A DNA stretch of 64,000 nucleotides from Deltaproteobacteria bacterium (GTDB lineage: Bacteria > Myxococcota_A > Polyangia > Polyangiales > Houyiibacteriaceae), in assembly GCA_034670305.1 (NCBI GenBank), contig JAXMNT010000005.1, positions 128,001 to 192,000 of the forward strand. Reading direction: 5' to 3'. The notes beneath the pieces were generated by a model. It saw nothing but the letters and a program-made list of their open reading frames with translations, was not told the DNA's origin and did no database searches. Below, piece by piece: positions 33,097 through 42,721 of the stretch. Every line of letters begins with the position of its first letter. Position 1 is the stretch's first letter. The position numbers were made by a program, and so were the translations under genes.

Positions 33097-33321
33097 CTAG
33101 CGGTCGAGCTGCTTGACGCGCTTGCGGCGACGACGGGCAGCTTCCGCTTCCTTCTTCCGCCGGCGAACCGACGGCTTCATGTAGTGGCGACGCCGCTTGA
33201 GCTCGCGAAGGACACCTTCCGCGGCCATTTTGCGCTTAAGGTGTTTGATTGCCCGTTCCAAGCCCTTGTCACCGACTTGGACTTCCACGGGCTTGCACTG
33301 AATTGCGTCACCGACTGTCAT
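33097..33321 (-). CDS. rpsU: 30S ribosomal protein S21
   Basis: LERAIKHLKRK...GVLRELKRRRHYMKPS. Confidence 0.93.
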   Translation of the reverse strand: MTVGDAIQCKPVEVQVGDKGLERAIKHLKRKMAAEGVLRELKRRRHYMKPSVRRRKKEAEAARRRRKRVKQLDR

Positions 33322-33479
33322 GGGCGGCGCACGCTGCCACGGACCTCGAGGCCGCGCAAGGATCCAAGACGATCTTCGCCACCGCTACGGTCTTGCGGCT
33401 CCTTGCCAGCGCCAAGGGCGCGGTGCCCTTGTTCTCGGTTCGGGCTTTGACCAGCTCAGGATCGCGAACCGAACCCAGG

Positions 33480-34424
33480 TCAGGCGAGGGCGTTGGCGAT
33501 GACCGTGTTGACGGCTTTGGCGCTGCTCATCACGTAGAAGTGCACGCTCGGCACGCCGGCGCTGAGGAGCTCTTGGACCTGCTGGGTCGCCCACTGGATG
33601 CCGATCTCGGTCGCCTTCTTGGGCGCGTTCTCGACCTCGTGGCTGAGCGCGTCGGGGATCTCGCAGTGGAAGGTGCGGGGAATGCTGGTGAGGTGCCGTT
33701 TGGTGGTGAGCACCTTGAGGCCCGCGATGATCGGCACCGTGATGCCGGCGGCGCGGCACCGTTCGACGTAATCGAAGTAGTGGCGGTTCTCGAAGAACAT
33801 CTGGGTGACGATGTACTCGGCGCCGGCGTCGATCTTCTCTTTGGTGCGGCGCAGATCGCTGTCGATGTTGGGCGACTCGAAGTGTTTCTCCGGGTACCCG
33901 GAGCAGCCCACACAGAAATCCATCGGCGCCGCGTCCAGGTACTCGTCCAGGAAACGACCCGCGTTCATGTCGTCGATCTGCTTGATGAGATCGACCGCGT
34001 AGGCGTTCGCGGTCTTGCCGTCGCGAAGCGGCTTGCGGTAGCCCTTGTCGTCGCCGCGCACGGCCAAGACGTTGTCGATGCCGAGGTAGCGCAGCTCGAT
34101 CAAGAAGTCCTCGGTCTCTTGCTGGGTGAACCCGTGGCAGAGGACGTGCGGGACCGCGTCGATGTTGTACTTGTTCTGCACCAGCGCGCAGACACCGAGG
34201 GTTCCGGGCCGTTTGCGCTTGATGTGGCGCTGGATCCCCTCCTTCGTCTCTTCGTAGACGACCTCGGCGGGATGGCTCGTGATGTCGATGAACTTCGGGT
34301 GGTGCTGCGAGAGATCGTCCACGAGCCCGAGCAGGTCGCGCACGCTTCCGCCGCGTTGGGGTGGGATGATTTCGAAGCTGATCAGAGGACCAGTCGCGCG
34401 ATCGAGATGTTCGGTGACCTTCAT
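33480..34424 (-). CDS. metF: 5,10-methylenetetrahydrofolate reductase
   Basis: SFEIIPP, VPHVLC, LAVRGD, GYPEKH, KIDAGAEYIVTQMFF, HFY. Confidence 0.93.
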   Translation of the reverse strand: MKVTEHLDRATGPLISFEIIPPQRGGSVRDLLGLVDDLSQHHPKFIDITSHPAEVVYEETKEGIQRHIKRKRPGTLGVCALVQNKYNIDAVPHVLCHGFTQQETEDFLIELRYLGIDNVLAVRGDDKGYRKPLRDGKTANAYAVDLIKQIDDMNAGRFLDEYLDAAPMDFCVGCSGYPEKHFESPNIDSDLRRTKEKIDAGAEYIVTQMFFENRHYFDYVERCRAAGITVPIIAGLKVLTTKRHLTSIPRTFHCEIPDALSHEVENAPKKATEIGIQWATQQVQELLSAGVPSVHFYVMSSAKAVNTVIANALA

Positions 34425-34572
34425 CGGAGCGCGGCACCCTAGCAGCTACCCAGGAAAGTCCCAGGTCGCCGATGCAGGGCCTGGGCCGGGCGCGAGGCTG
34501 CGCTGCCAACGGTCTGGAAGCGGCCCGCGTCGGGCCAGCCGGAGGTCGTTGTTGGCCGGGCGCGGTGGCTGG

Positions 34573-34962
34573 CTAGGTCGTCGGTTCGGCGGTGCGGTCG
34601 ACCCGCCCGTCGGCCCGCAGGACGAGGCGCACCAGATCCTCCGGTCGTTCGTCGCTGAGCGCACCCAGGCGCCGGAGGTACTCGAACGAGTAGATGCCGG
34701 TGTTGTGTCCGTCCGCCCAGGCCATCCGGAGGGCGTACTGGCCACTGGCCGCGAGATCCCGAAGCTCGAACGCGGCGGTGGGCAGTTCGTCGGTGCCGGC
34801 CACCCAGCCGACCGGGCCGTGGTGTCCTTGGCAGACCGCGCAGGGACAGAAGCCGCGGAGCAGTCGATGCGACAGAAACGAAGTCGCCTCGTCCGACCAG
34901 TCGATCTCCATCATGCGCGCGCCTGCGGGCGCCCGGACTTCGGTGGGTTCGACCTCTGCCAT
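34573..34962 (-). CDS. DUF971 / GBBH-N-like small metal-binding protein
   Basis: LRGFCPCAVC, GQYAL..W.DGH.TGIYSFEYL. Confidence 0.88.
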   Translation of the reverse strand: MAEVEPTEVRAPAGARMMEIDWSDEATSFLSHRLLRGFCPCAVCQGHHGPVGWVAGTDELPTAAFELRDLAASGQYALRMAWADGHNTGIYSFEYLRRLGALSDERPEDLVRLVLRADGRVDRTAEPTT

Positions 34963-35005
34963 GTGTTCCGCATAGCGAGAACTCCGCCGCAGGTCGACCC
35001 TCCTT

Positions 35006-35333
35006 CTAGCAGGCTGCTGAAGAACGCCCGCGGCGTTGTCGCAGCCTGCCCCTTGCCCCTGCCCTTGCCTTTGCCCTTGCCCGCGGATCAGCGGTCAGAT
35101 CGCTTGATCAGCGCGACGAGCATTGCGACGACCTGCTCGAGGTGGGCGAGAGCCCGTTCGATATTCTTGGGGGCACGGCCCCCAAACCCCGTCCGTGACA
35201 CGGCTTGCTCGCTTCGCTCGGCTTCGCCGCGTCGAATATCGGGCCGTCGCGAAACACACGGCTCCACGACGCGGGCAAGGGCGCGGGCAAGGGCAACGGC
35301 AAGGGAGCAGGTCGCTTTTGAGCGACCTGCTAG
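35006..35333. mobile_element. Putative MITE (non-autonomous element) with CTAG ends and imperfect terminal inverted repeats
   Basis: CTAG-CAGGCTGCTGAAGAACG ... CGCTTTTGAGCGACCTG-CTAG (12/17 match); internal inverted GGGCAA tracts and hairpins; no credible ORF. Confidence 0.6.
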
Positions 35334-36943
35334 TCGGGCCAGTCGCGCAGGACCATGGATCCGGTCATCGTGGGCTCGGGGTCCATGGCGACCTCCATCG
35401 TCTCCGCCATCGGCGTGACCATGCGCGGGGTGGTCATGCGCACGACGACGCGCGGCGCTTCGACCATCGGCTCAACGGTCTCGGTCATCGCTGGTTCGGA
35501 CATCGCCGTCTCGGGTGCGACCTCCGCCATCGTGACCTCGGGTTCGACCATCGCCGCCGAGACCGTCGCCATGCCCGTGCGCATGCCCATCGTCCAGCGC
35601 CGTCCCATCGTTGTGGTCGGCTCGGTCTCGACGGTCTCGGTTTCGACGGTCTCGGTGTCGACCTCGGGCACGACCTCGGGTTCGACCTCGACCTCCACGG
35701 TCGGCGGGTTCGACTGGGCGGCAGGCAAGGGTTCGGTGACCGGGGTGGGATCCCCGAGAAGCAGCGCGGCGCCCGCGCCTGCCCCGATGCCCACCAGCAC
35801 CATCAGGGTGACCCAGAGTGCCCGGTTCGTCGTCGAGCCGGTCATCGTGGGTTCGGTGCCGACGTGGGCCGCGATGCTCGGAATGACCTGCGACGAGGAC
35901 GGTGGGGTTCGGTCTTCCGCGACCGGGAGGTTGGGTTGCGAAGGCGTCCCGCCTCCGAGCGCGGTCTTCAGGCCGTCTTCCAACCGGTTCAGTTCGTCGC
36001 CGCCGTGCTCCCGCACGTACGCGCCGACCTGCGCGGTGGTGGCGGGTGCCAAGGCGGCTCGAAGCGCGGCGGCGAAGTCGCGCCCGGTCTGGAAGCGGGT
36101 GTCCGGATCGCGCTGGAGGGCTTTGTCGATCGCGGCCGAGATGCCGGGCGGCAGATCCGGGCGAAGGTCGGCGAGCACCGGGATCGGTTCCTGGGTGATC
36201 TTCGCCAACGTCTGCAGCGGGTTGTCGCTCTTGAAAAGCCGGCGCCCCGCAAAGGTCTCCCACGCGACGATGCCGAGCGCGAAGATGTCCACCCGGCGGT
36301 CGATGACCCCAGCCCGCGCCTGCTCGGGCGCGAAGTAGGCCATCTTGCCCTTCACCTCACCCGTTTGGGTGTGGGAGCTGCGCAACAGGGCGCGGGCGAC
36401 GCCGAAGTCGGTGATGCGCGTGCGACCGCTGCGGTCGATGAGGATGTTCTGCGGCGAGATGTCCCGGTGCACGATCTGAAGCGCTTCGCCCATCGGGGTC
36501 GTCGCTTCGTGGGCGTCGTGCAGACCCGACGCGGCCTGCGCGAGGATCTCGATCGCGATCGAGGGCTCGAGGTGCGTGCCAGAGCTCAGCACGTTTCGGA
36601 GCAGGCGGGAGTGCGAGACCCCAACCACCAGCTCCATCACCAAGTAGAGGGAGTCGTCTTCGGCGCGGCCGAGATCCATCGTCTGCACGACGTTCGGACT
36701 CGTGATGTTGGCGGCGACCCGGCCTTCGTCGAGGAACATCTCCACGAACCGCTCGTCCTCCGCGAGGGTCGGCAGCATGCGCTTGAGCGCGACGACCTTC
36801 TGAAAGCCGGCCTCTCCGAGGATCCGCGCCGCATACACCTCGGCCATGCCGCCGCCGGCGATGCGGAAGAGGGTTTCGTACCGACCGAAACGCCTGCGTT
36901 GTTCGGCTCCGCCCGTCATGGCCCGCTTCCGCGGTTCACTCAC
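35330..36943 (-). CDS. Transmembrane Ser/Thr protein kinase with Met-rich C-terminal tail
   Basis: GGGMAEVY, VALK, HRDISPQN, DFG, GKMAYFAPE; TM segment ALWVTLMVLVGIG. Confidence 0.92.
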   Translation of the reverse strand: MSEPRKRAMTGGAEQRRRFGRYETLFRIAGGGMAEVYAARILGEAGFQKVVALKRMLPTLAEDERFVEMFLDEGRVAANITSPNVVQTMDLGRAEDDSLYLVMELVVGVSHSRLLRNVLSSGTHLEPSIAIEILAQAASGLHDAHEATTPMGEALQIVHRDISPQNILIDRSGRTRITDFGVARALLRSSHTQTGEVKGKMAYFAPEQARAGVIDRRVDIFALGIVAWETFAGRRLFKSDNPLQTLAKITQEPIPVLADLRPDLPPGISAAIDKALQRDPDTRFQTGRDFAAALRAALAPATTAQVGAYVREHGGDELNRLEDGLKTALGGGTPSQPNLPVAEDRTPPSSSQVIPSIAAHVGTEPTMTGSTTNRALWVTLMVLVGIGAGAGAALLLGDPTPVTEPLPAAQSNPPTVEVEVEPEVVPEVDTETVETETVETEPTTTMGRRWTMGMRTGMATVSAAMVEPEVTMAEVAPETAMSEPAMTETVEPMVEAPRVVVRMTTPRMVTPMAETMEVAMDPEPTMTGSMVLRDWPD

Positions 36944-37670
36944 AGAAGTGCCGATCTCCGCTGCAATAGCCGGCCGCGACGGTCCCGCCCACGCAGCCCG
37001 CGATGCTGCATTTGTCGACTTCGCACCGCCAGGTCGGTCGGCTGCCCGGCACGACGACGCACGTCGGGTCCGTCGGCGGGGTCACGACGCAGATGCCAGG
37101 AGAGGACTCGCAGATCCCAGCCGGGTTGCAGGTGCCCGTGTCGCACATGGTGTCCACGCACGGTACGCAGGCGGGGATGGTGGTCGTGATCCGTGTGGAC
37201 CAGCTGGTCGCGCCTTCGCCGTCGGTGTTGACGTAGAACGGATGGCCGAGGACGAACTGGATCTCCGCCTGCGGGTCGTCGGGTCGGCCGCCGGCCGGGA
37301 GCGCGGTGCAGTCGGGATCGACGCAGTACCGCACCCGCAGGTGCACGTCGGTCTCGGGATCTTCGGTCACCAAGCTGAACGGGTAGTCCTGGCCCGCGCT
37401 GGTCAAGGCCATCGGCTGCAGGGACCCGCCGGTCCAGATGGTTCCGAACCCCACGCCCTCCGATCGCATCGCCTGCACGTTGACATAGAGTTCTGGAAAC
37501 TCGGCGGGCTTGGGTGCCACCGCGAGTTCGCCTTCGAATGCCGCCACTTCGTTGGCCACGAGGCACCCGGTGCCGGCCAGAGACAGGGTCAGGGACACAG
37601 CCAGGGACACAGCCCGGGGCACGGCACAAAGCGCAGTCAAAACAGCGGGTTGGGTCGATCGAAGGGACAT
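36936..37670 (-). CDS. Lipoprotein with Cys-rich C-terminus
   Basis: LAGTGC lipobox; TGATG overlap with upstream gene. Confidence 0.7.
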   Translation of the reverse strand: MSLRSTQPAVLTALCAVPRAVSLAVSLTLSLAGTGCLVANEVAAFEGELAVAPKPAEFPELYVNVQAMRSEGVGFGTIWTGGSLQPMALTSAGQDYPFSLVTEDPETDVHLRVRYCVDPDCTALPAGGRPDDPQAEIQFVLGHPFYVNTDGEGATSWSTRITTTIPACVPCVDTMCDTGTCNPAGICESSPGICVVTPPTDPTCVVVPGSRPTWRCEVDKCSIAGCVGGTVAAGYCSGDRHFCE

Positions 37671-38371
37671 CAGAGGTTCATCACGTTGTCGGTGGCGGGA
37701 TCGAGCTGATTGGCCTGGCGGACGAACACCAAGGTCAGAACGACCCCCGCGATGGCCAGTACGGCTGCGATCGGCACGAGGATCGGCGCGAGGGAGCGAC
37801 TTTCGGTTTCGCGCTCCTCCATGATGACCTCGATCCGGACCCGTTGCCCGTCCCGGACCGAGTCTTCCCACGTGAACGGCTCGAACCCTTCGCGCTCCGC
37901 CACGATCGCATGGCGGCCCGCATCGGTCTCGATGTTCGCGGTTTCGCCCCGATCGAGTGGGACCGTGCGGCCGTCGAGGCGCACCGTGTACTCGCCTTCG
38001 GTGGCGAGCCCCACCAGCTCGAGCACCGCGACGCGCGCGGCCTCCGCGTCCCGAAGGGTCTGGGCTTCGTCCCGTGCGGCGTAATCTTCGTGTTCCGCGA
38101 GCAGGCGATCGAACGCGTCCCGCGCGTCCCGGTGCCGGCCGAGCGCCCGAAGCACCATCGCGGCGTTGTAGAGCGCCGTCGGCACACCACTGAGCAGGTA
38201 GGCTTGTTCGAACCCCTGCAACGCGTCCGCCCAGCGTTCTTGTTCGGCGGCTTCCTGAGCCTGCACGAACGCGACACGGGCTTCTTCCCGAGCGGCTTCC
38301 GTCGATTGTGCGGCCGCGGTGTGCGTGAGCGCCAAGGTGGCGAACACGGCGAGTACACAGAGGGTGCGCAT
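37670..38371 (-). CDS. TPR plus PEGA-like membrane protein
   Basis: Signal peptide, ALYNAA TPR, VRLDG...GRHAIVAEREGF, C-terminal TM. Confidence 0.75.
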   Translation of the reverse strand: MRTLCVLAVFATLALTHTAAAQSTEAAREEARVAFVQAQEAAEQERWADALQGFEQAYLLSGVPTALYNAAMVLRALGRHRDARDAFDRLLAEHEDYAARDEAQTLRDAEAARVAVLELVGLATEGEYTVRLDGRTVPLDRGETANIETDAGRHAIVAEREGFEPFTWEDSVRDGQRVRIEVIMEERETESRSLAPILVPIAAVLAIAGVVLTLVFVRQANQLDPATDNVMNL

Positions 38372-38517
38372 TCGATCCCATCATCCCCGATCTTGGGGAC
38401 GCGTGTCCACTCGCCGCCCAGGATCGGATCCGGAGACGACCCAGACCGACCTCGCAGGCCGCCCGCGAGAAAAGCAGCCCGCTTGCGGTGGCGGGGCCCG
38501 CCCTACACAGTCCATGT

Positions 38518-39783
38518 ATGGGTGGACCCCCAAGCGCCGCGCTCGACGAGCTGATCTACGACTGGAACGAAGTCGAACGCCGCACCGGCCCGTTCGACCA
38601 CCCGTTCGAGCTGCACGACGAGACGTTGCGAGATGGAATCCAGAATCCATCCGTCGTGGATCCCGGCATCGGCGACAAGCTGGAGATCCTGCACTTGCTC
38701 GACGAAGTCGGCGTGCACAGCACCGACGTCGGGCTGCCCGGCGCCGGTCCGCGTGCGTTCGAGGACGTGCTGACGCTCTGCCGGGAGATCGCCGATCAGA
38801 AGCTCGGCATCCGCGCGACGTGCGCGGGGCGCACCTTGGTCGGCGACATCGAACCCATGGTCCGGGTCTCGCAGCAGGCCGGCATCCCGGTCGAGGTCAT
38901 GACCTTCATCGGCAGCTCGCCGATCCGGCAGTACGCCGAGAACTGGACCCACGAGCTCATCATCGAGCGCTCGGTGAAGGCGATCGACTTCGCGGTCAAA
39001 GAAGGTCTGCCGGTCACGTTCGTCACGGAAGACACGACCCGCTCGCACCCGCATCTGCTCACGGACCTGTTCCGTGCGGCGATCGATCACGGGGCGACGC
39101 GCTTGTGCCTCTGCGACACCGTGGGTCACAGCACCCCCGACGGAGTGCGCAACCTGCTGCGCTTCACCCGCCACGTGATCGAGGGCACCGGCGCCGACGT
39201 GAAGATCGACTGGCACGGACACAACGACCGCGGCCTCGGCCTCGTCAACAGCCTCTTCGCGCTCGAGCACGGCGCCGACCGCGTGCACGGGTGTGTGCTC
39301 GGCATCGGCGAACGGGTCGGCAACGCGCCGCTCGATCTGCTGCTCATCAACTTGAAGCTGCTCGGCGCGATGAAAAACACCGACCTGAGCAAGCTCGCCG
39401 CGCTCGCCCGCAAGGTCTCCGCCGCCACCCGTTTTCCGATCCCGATCAACTACCCGGTGGTCGGCGACGACGCGTTCCGCACCGCGACCGGCGTGCACGC
39501 CGCAGCGATCATCAAAGCCAAGCAGAAGGGCGACGACTGGCTCGCCGACCGCGTCTACTCGGGCGTGCCCGCGGGCATGGTCGGACGGGAACAAGAGATC
39601 TGCATCGGGCCGATGTCCGGCATCTCCAATGTCACCTACTGGCTCGAAGCGCACGGCGTCGAAGCGAGCGGCGGGTTGATCAAGGCGATCCTGCTCAGCG
39701 CGAAAGCCTCCGACCACAACCTGAGCAACGAAGAAGTGATGGCCGTGGTCGACCGGCACCAGAAATCCCAAAAGAAGGGCTAA
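38518..39783 (+). CDS. LeuA-family DRE-TIM acyltransferase (isopropylmalate/homocitrate/citramalate synthase-like), no C-terminal regulatory domain
   Basis: DETLRDGIQ, LCDTVG, HGHNDRG, GIGERVGNA, GVH. Confidence 0.85.
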   Translation: MGGPPSAALDELIYDWNEVERRTGPFDHPFELHDETLRDGIQNPSVVDPGIGDKLEILHLLDEVGVHSTDVGLPGAGPRAFEDVLTLCREIADQKLGIRATCAGRTLVGDIEPMVRVSQQAGIPVEVMTFIGSSPIRQYAENWTHELIIERSVKAIDFAVKEGLPVTFVTEDTTRSHPHLLTDLFRAAIDHGATRLCLCDTVGHSTPDGVRNLLRFTRHVIEGTGADVKIDWHGHNDRGLGLVNSLFALEHGADRVHGCVLGIGERVGNAPLDLLLINLKLLGAMKNTDLSKLAALARKVSAATRFPIPINYPVVGDDAFRTATGVHAAAIIKAKQKGDDWLADRVYSGVPAGMVGREQEICIGPMSGISNVTYWLEAHGVEASGGLIKAILLSAKASDHNLSNEEVMAVVDRHQKSQKKG

Positions 39784-39816
39784 CGCCGCCGGCTCGATCT
39801 TCTATCCTCGCGCGCT

Positions 39817-41226
39817 GTGGAGGAACGTTACGATCTGATCGTCATCGGCTCGGGACCCGCCGGAGAGAAAGGCGCCGCTCAGGCGGCGTACTTCGGCAAG
39901 AAGGTCGCCGTCGTCGAGAAGGAACCGGAGCCCGGCGGCGCCGCGGTGCACACCGGCACGCTCCCGAGCAAGACGCTCCGCGAGACGGCGCTGTTCTTGT
40001 CCGGTCACCGGACCCGCGCGCTCTACGGCGTCGCGGTGAGTCTGGCGGACGATGCGAACCTGCAGACGCTCATGGCCCGCAAACGCGCGATGGCCGCGAG
40101 TGAATCGCAGCGCATCCGCGAGAACCTCCATCGGCACGGGGTCGAGCTCATTCGGGGCACCGCGCGGTTTGTCGGACCGAACACGGTGGAGATCGTCGGT
40201 GACCAGGGGCCGCGACGGCTCGAGGCCGATCGATTCCTGGTGGCGACCGGGAGCATTCCGCGGCGGCCGGAGGGCATCGAGTTCGAGTCGGATCTGATCC
40301 ACGACAGCGACGAGATCCTCGTGATCCAGTCGCTCCCGAAGTCGATGATCGTACTCGGGGCCGGCGTCATCGGCTGCGAGTACGCGTGTATGTTCGCGGC
40401 GCTCGGGATCTCGATCGATCTGGTCGATGCGCGTCCGAACATTCTCGAGTTCATCGACGAGGAGATCCGGGACCGGCTCTGCGACGAGATGATGGCGCTC
40501 GGCATCCGGCTGCGGCGCGGCCGCCGCTGGGGCGACATCGCGGTGGATCGTGTCGGCACCGAAGAGATTGGCGTGTCGGTCAAGCTCGACACGGGCGAGA
40601 CGCTGCGCGCACAACACCTGCTCTTCGCGGCGGGCCGCTCGGGCAACACGGCCAGGCTCGGGCTCGACACGGTCGGCGTGGCGCCGGACGCGCGCGGCTA
40701 CCTCGAGGTCGATGAACAATTCCGCACGAGCGCACACCACGTGATGGCCGCCGGCGACGTGGTCGGCTTTCCGGCGCTCGCCTCCGCTTCGATGGAGCAG
40801 GGCCGCGTCGCGGTCTGCCACGCGTTCGGGTTCGGCTACAAACAAGAAGTCAGCGACGTCATCCCCTACGGCATCTACACGATCCCAGAGGTCAGCGCGG
40901 TGGGTCTCACGGAACAGGCGTGCCGCGAGAAGGGCATTCCGTGCGTGGTCGGGCGCGCGCGTTTTCGGGACAACGCCCGAGGACAGATCCAGGGCGACCT
41001 CGGGGGACTCACCAAACTCGTGGTCTGCGCCAAGACCCGCAAGGTGCTCGGCGTGCACGTGATCGGAGAGCGCGCGAGCGAACTCGTGCACCTCGGGCAA
41101 GCGGCGCTCATCACCGGCGCCACGGTCGATCTCTTCATCGACATGGTCTTCAACTTCCCGACGCTGTCGGAGACCTACAAGTACGCGGCCTACGACTGCC
41201 TCGGCGCGCTGGCCCAGAGCGAGTAG
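39817..41226 (+). CDS. sthA: Soluble pyridine nucleotide transhydrogenase
   Basis: GSGPAG, GTLPSKTLRE, GAGVIGCEYA, ALASASMEQGR, VFNFPTLSETYK. Confidence 0.9.
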   Translation: MEERYDLIVIGSGPAGEKGAAQAAYFGKKVAVVEKEPEPGGAAVHTGTLPSKTLRETALFLSGHRTRALYGVAVSLADDANLQTLMARKRAMAASESQRIRENLHRHGVELIRGTARFVGPNTVEIVGDQGPRRLEADRFLVATGSIPRRPEGIEFESDLIHDSDEILVIQSLPKSMIVLGAGVIGCEYACMFAALGISIDLVDARPNILEFIDEEIRDRLCDEMMALGIRLRRGRRWGDIAVDRVGTEEIGVSVKLDTGETLRAQHLLFAAGRSGNTARLGLDTVGVAPDARGYLEVDEQFRTSAHHVMAAGDVVGFPALASASMEQGRVAVCHAFGFGYKQEVSDVIPYGIYTIPEVSAVGLTEQACREKGIPCVVGRARFRDNARGQIQGDLGGLTKLVVCAKTRKVLGVHVIGERASELVHLGQAALITGATVDLFIDMVFNFPTLSETYKYAAYDCLGALAQSE

Positions 41227-41232
41227 CCAGGC

Positions 41233-42672
41233 ATGGCGCGCGGCTGGGGCAAGCGGGAGAAAACCGGCCCGAAGATCTTCGCCGTCGGCGAGGTCAACCG
41301 CGCTGCCAAACGCGCGCTCGAATCGGAGTTCAGCGACTTCTGGGTCGAGGCGGAGATCAGCCAGGTCAAACGATCCCGCAGTGGCCACGTCTACTTCACG
41401 TTGAGCGACGAGCAGGAGAAGGCGCAGCTCAATGTGGTGCTCTTCTCGACAGCGTTCGATCGCATTCGAGCTTCGGCGGAGCGGCGGGGTGGTTCGATGC
41501 CGGCGATCGAAGACGGCGCCCGGGTCCGTGTGCGCGGCAACTTGACGCTTTACGAGGCGAGCGGCAGCTACCAGATGATCGCCAAGATGGTGGTCGTCGC
41601 TGGGGTGGGCGACCTCGCGATCAAGTTCGAGGAGATCCGCAAGCGACTCGAAGCGGACGGGCTCATGGCGCCCGAACGCAAACGGCCGTTGCCGAAGTTG
41701 CCGCGCACCGTCGGCGTGGTCACGAGCGTGGGCAGCGCCGCGTTTCAAGACATCGTGCGGGTCGCGCACGCGCGGTGTGCGGTGCGCCTCGTGGTGGCGG
41801 ACTGCCAGGTGCAGGGCGTGGGTTCCGCCGCTTCCATCGTGAACGCGCTGCAGCAGATCCAGCGGCTGCCGGCGGTGGATGTGATCGTGCTCGGTCGGGG
41901 TGGTGGCGCCGCGGAGGAACTCTGGGCGTTCAACCACGAGTCGGTGGCGCGCGAGGTCGCGCGGGCGCGGGTGCCGATCGTGTGCGGTGTCGGACACGAG
42001 ACCGACGTGACCATCGCCGAACTGGTCGCGGACGTGCGGGCGTCGACGCCTTCCAACGCGGCGGAGCTCGCGGTGCCGGAGCAAGCGGTCCTCAGCCAGC
42101 AGCTCGATGGGCTCGACCGTCAGCTCGAGCGCGCGGTGCGCGCGACGGTGCAGAGCAGCCGCCTCGAACTGCACCGGCTCGAAGCGAAGATCGGATCACC
42201 AGGCCGACTGCTGCAGCACAGCCGCCGCCGGATCGACCGGTCGACCGAGCGGTTGCGCGAGCGGGTGCGCGACGTGCTGAGCGCGCAGCGGAGACTCTTG
42301 GAAGCGCGGCGGATGCGCCTGAGGGAGATGAACCCGAGGGTGCGGCTCGAGCGCGACCGCGCGCGGCTCGATGCGCTGCGGCTCCGGCTCGAGCGCGCGA
42401 TGCGGGATCGACTCAGCGCAGAACGCGGGCGGCTGGTGGTCGGTCTGCGCGGCTTGAAGACGACGCGGCAGCTCGAGCGCGCCCGGTCGCGCTTGTCGAG
42501 CGGTGCGGGCCGGCTCGACGCGCTCTCGCCGCTGCGGGTGCTCGAACGCGGCTATGCGGTGGCCCTGCTCGACGGCAAAGCGCTCACGCGCGCCGAAGAC
42601 GCGAAGGACGGCGACGAACTCGAGCTCCGACTCCACGAAGGCCAGCTCCGCGCCCGAGTGTTGAAACGCTGA
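41233..42672 (+). CDS. xseA: Exodeoxyribonuclease VII large subunit
   Basis: SGHVYFTLSD, VQG, RGGG..EELWAFN, GVGHETD, ASTPSNAAE, LSPLRVLERGY. Confidence 0.96.
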   Translation: MARGWGKREKTGPKIFAVGEVNRAAKRALESEFSDFWVEAEISQVKRSRSGHVYFTLSDEQEKAQLNVVLFSTAFDRIRASAERRGGSMPAIEDGARVRVRGNLTLYEASGSYQMIAKMVVVAGVGDLAIKFEEIRKRLEADGLMAPERKRPLPKLPRTVGVVTSVGSAAFQDIVRVAHARCAVRLVVADCQVQGVGSAASIVNALQQIQRLPAVDVIVLGRGGGAAEELWAFNHESVAREVARARVPIVCGVGHETDVTIAELVADVRASTPSNAAELAVPEQAVLSQQLDGLDRQLERAVRATVQSSRLELHRLEAKIGSPGRLLQHSRRRIDRSTERLRERVRDVLSAQRRLLEARRMRLREMNPRVRLERDRARLDALRLRLERAMRDRLSAERGRLVVGLRGLKTTRQLERARSRLSSGAGRLDALSPLRVLERGYAVALLDGKALTRAEDAKDGDELELRLHEGQLRARVLKR

Positions 42673-42684
42673 TTTCCTGCCACT

Positions 42685-42721
42685 ACGGGCCAGTCCCGCT
42701 TCGCGGGACTGGCGGCCCTAA
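42685..42721. repeat. REP-like palindrome between convergent xseA and aguB (possible terminator)
   Basis: GCCAGTCCCGC-TTC-GCGGGACTGGC perfect stem; same family as 26890 and 27115. Confidence 0.75.
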
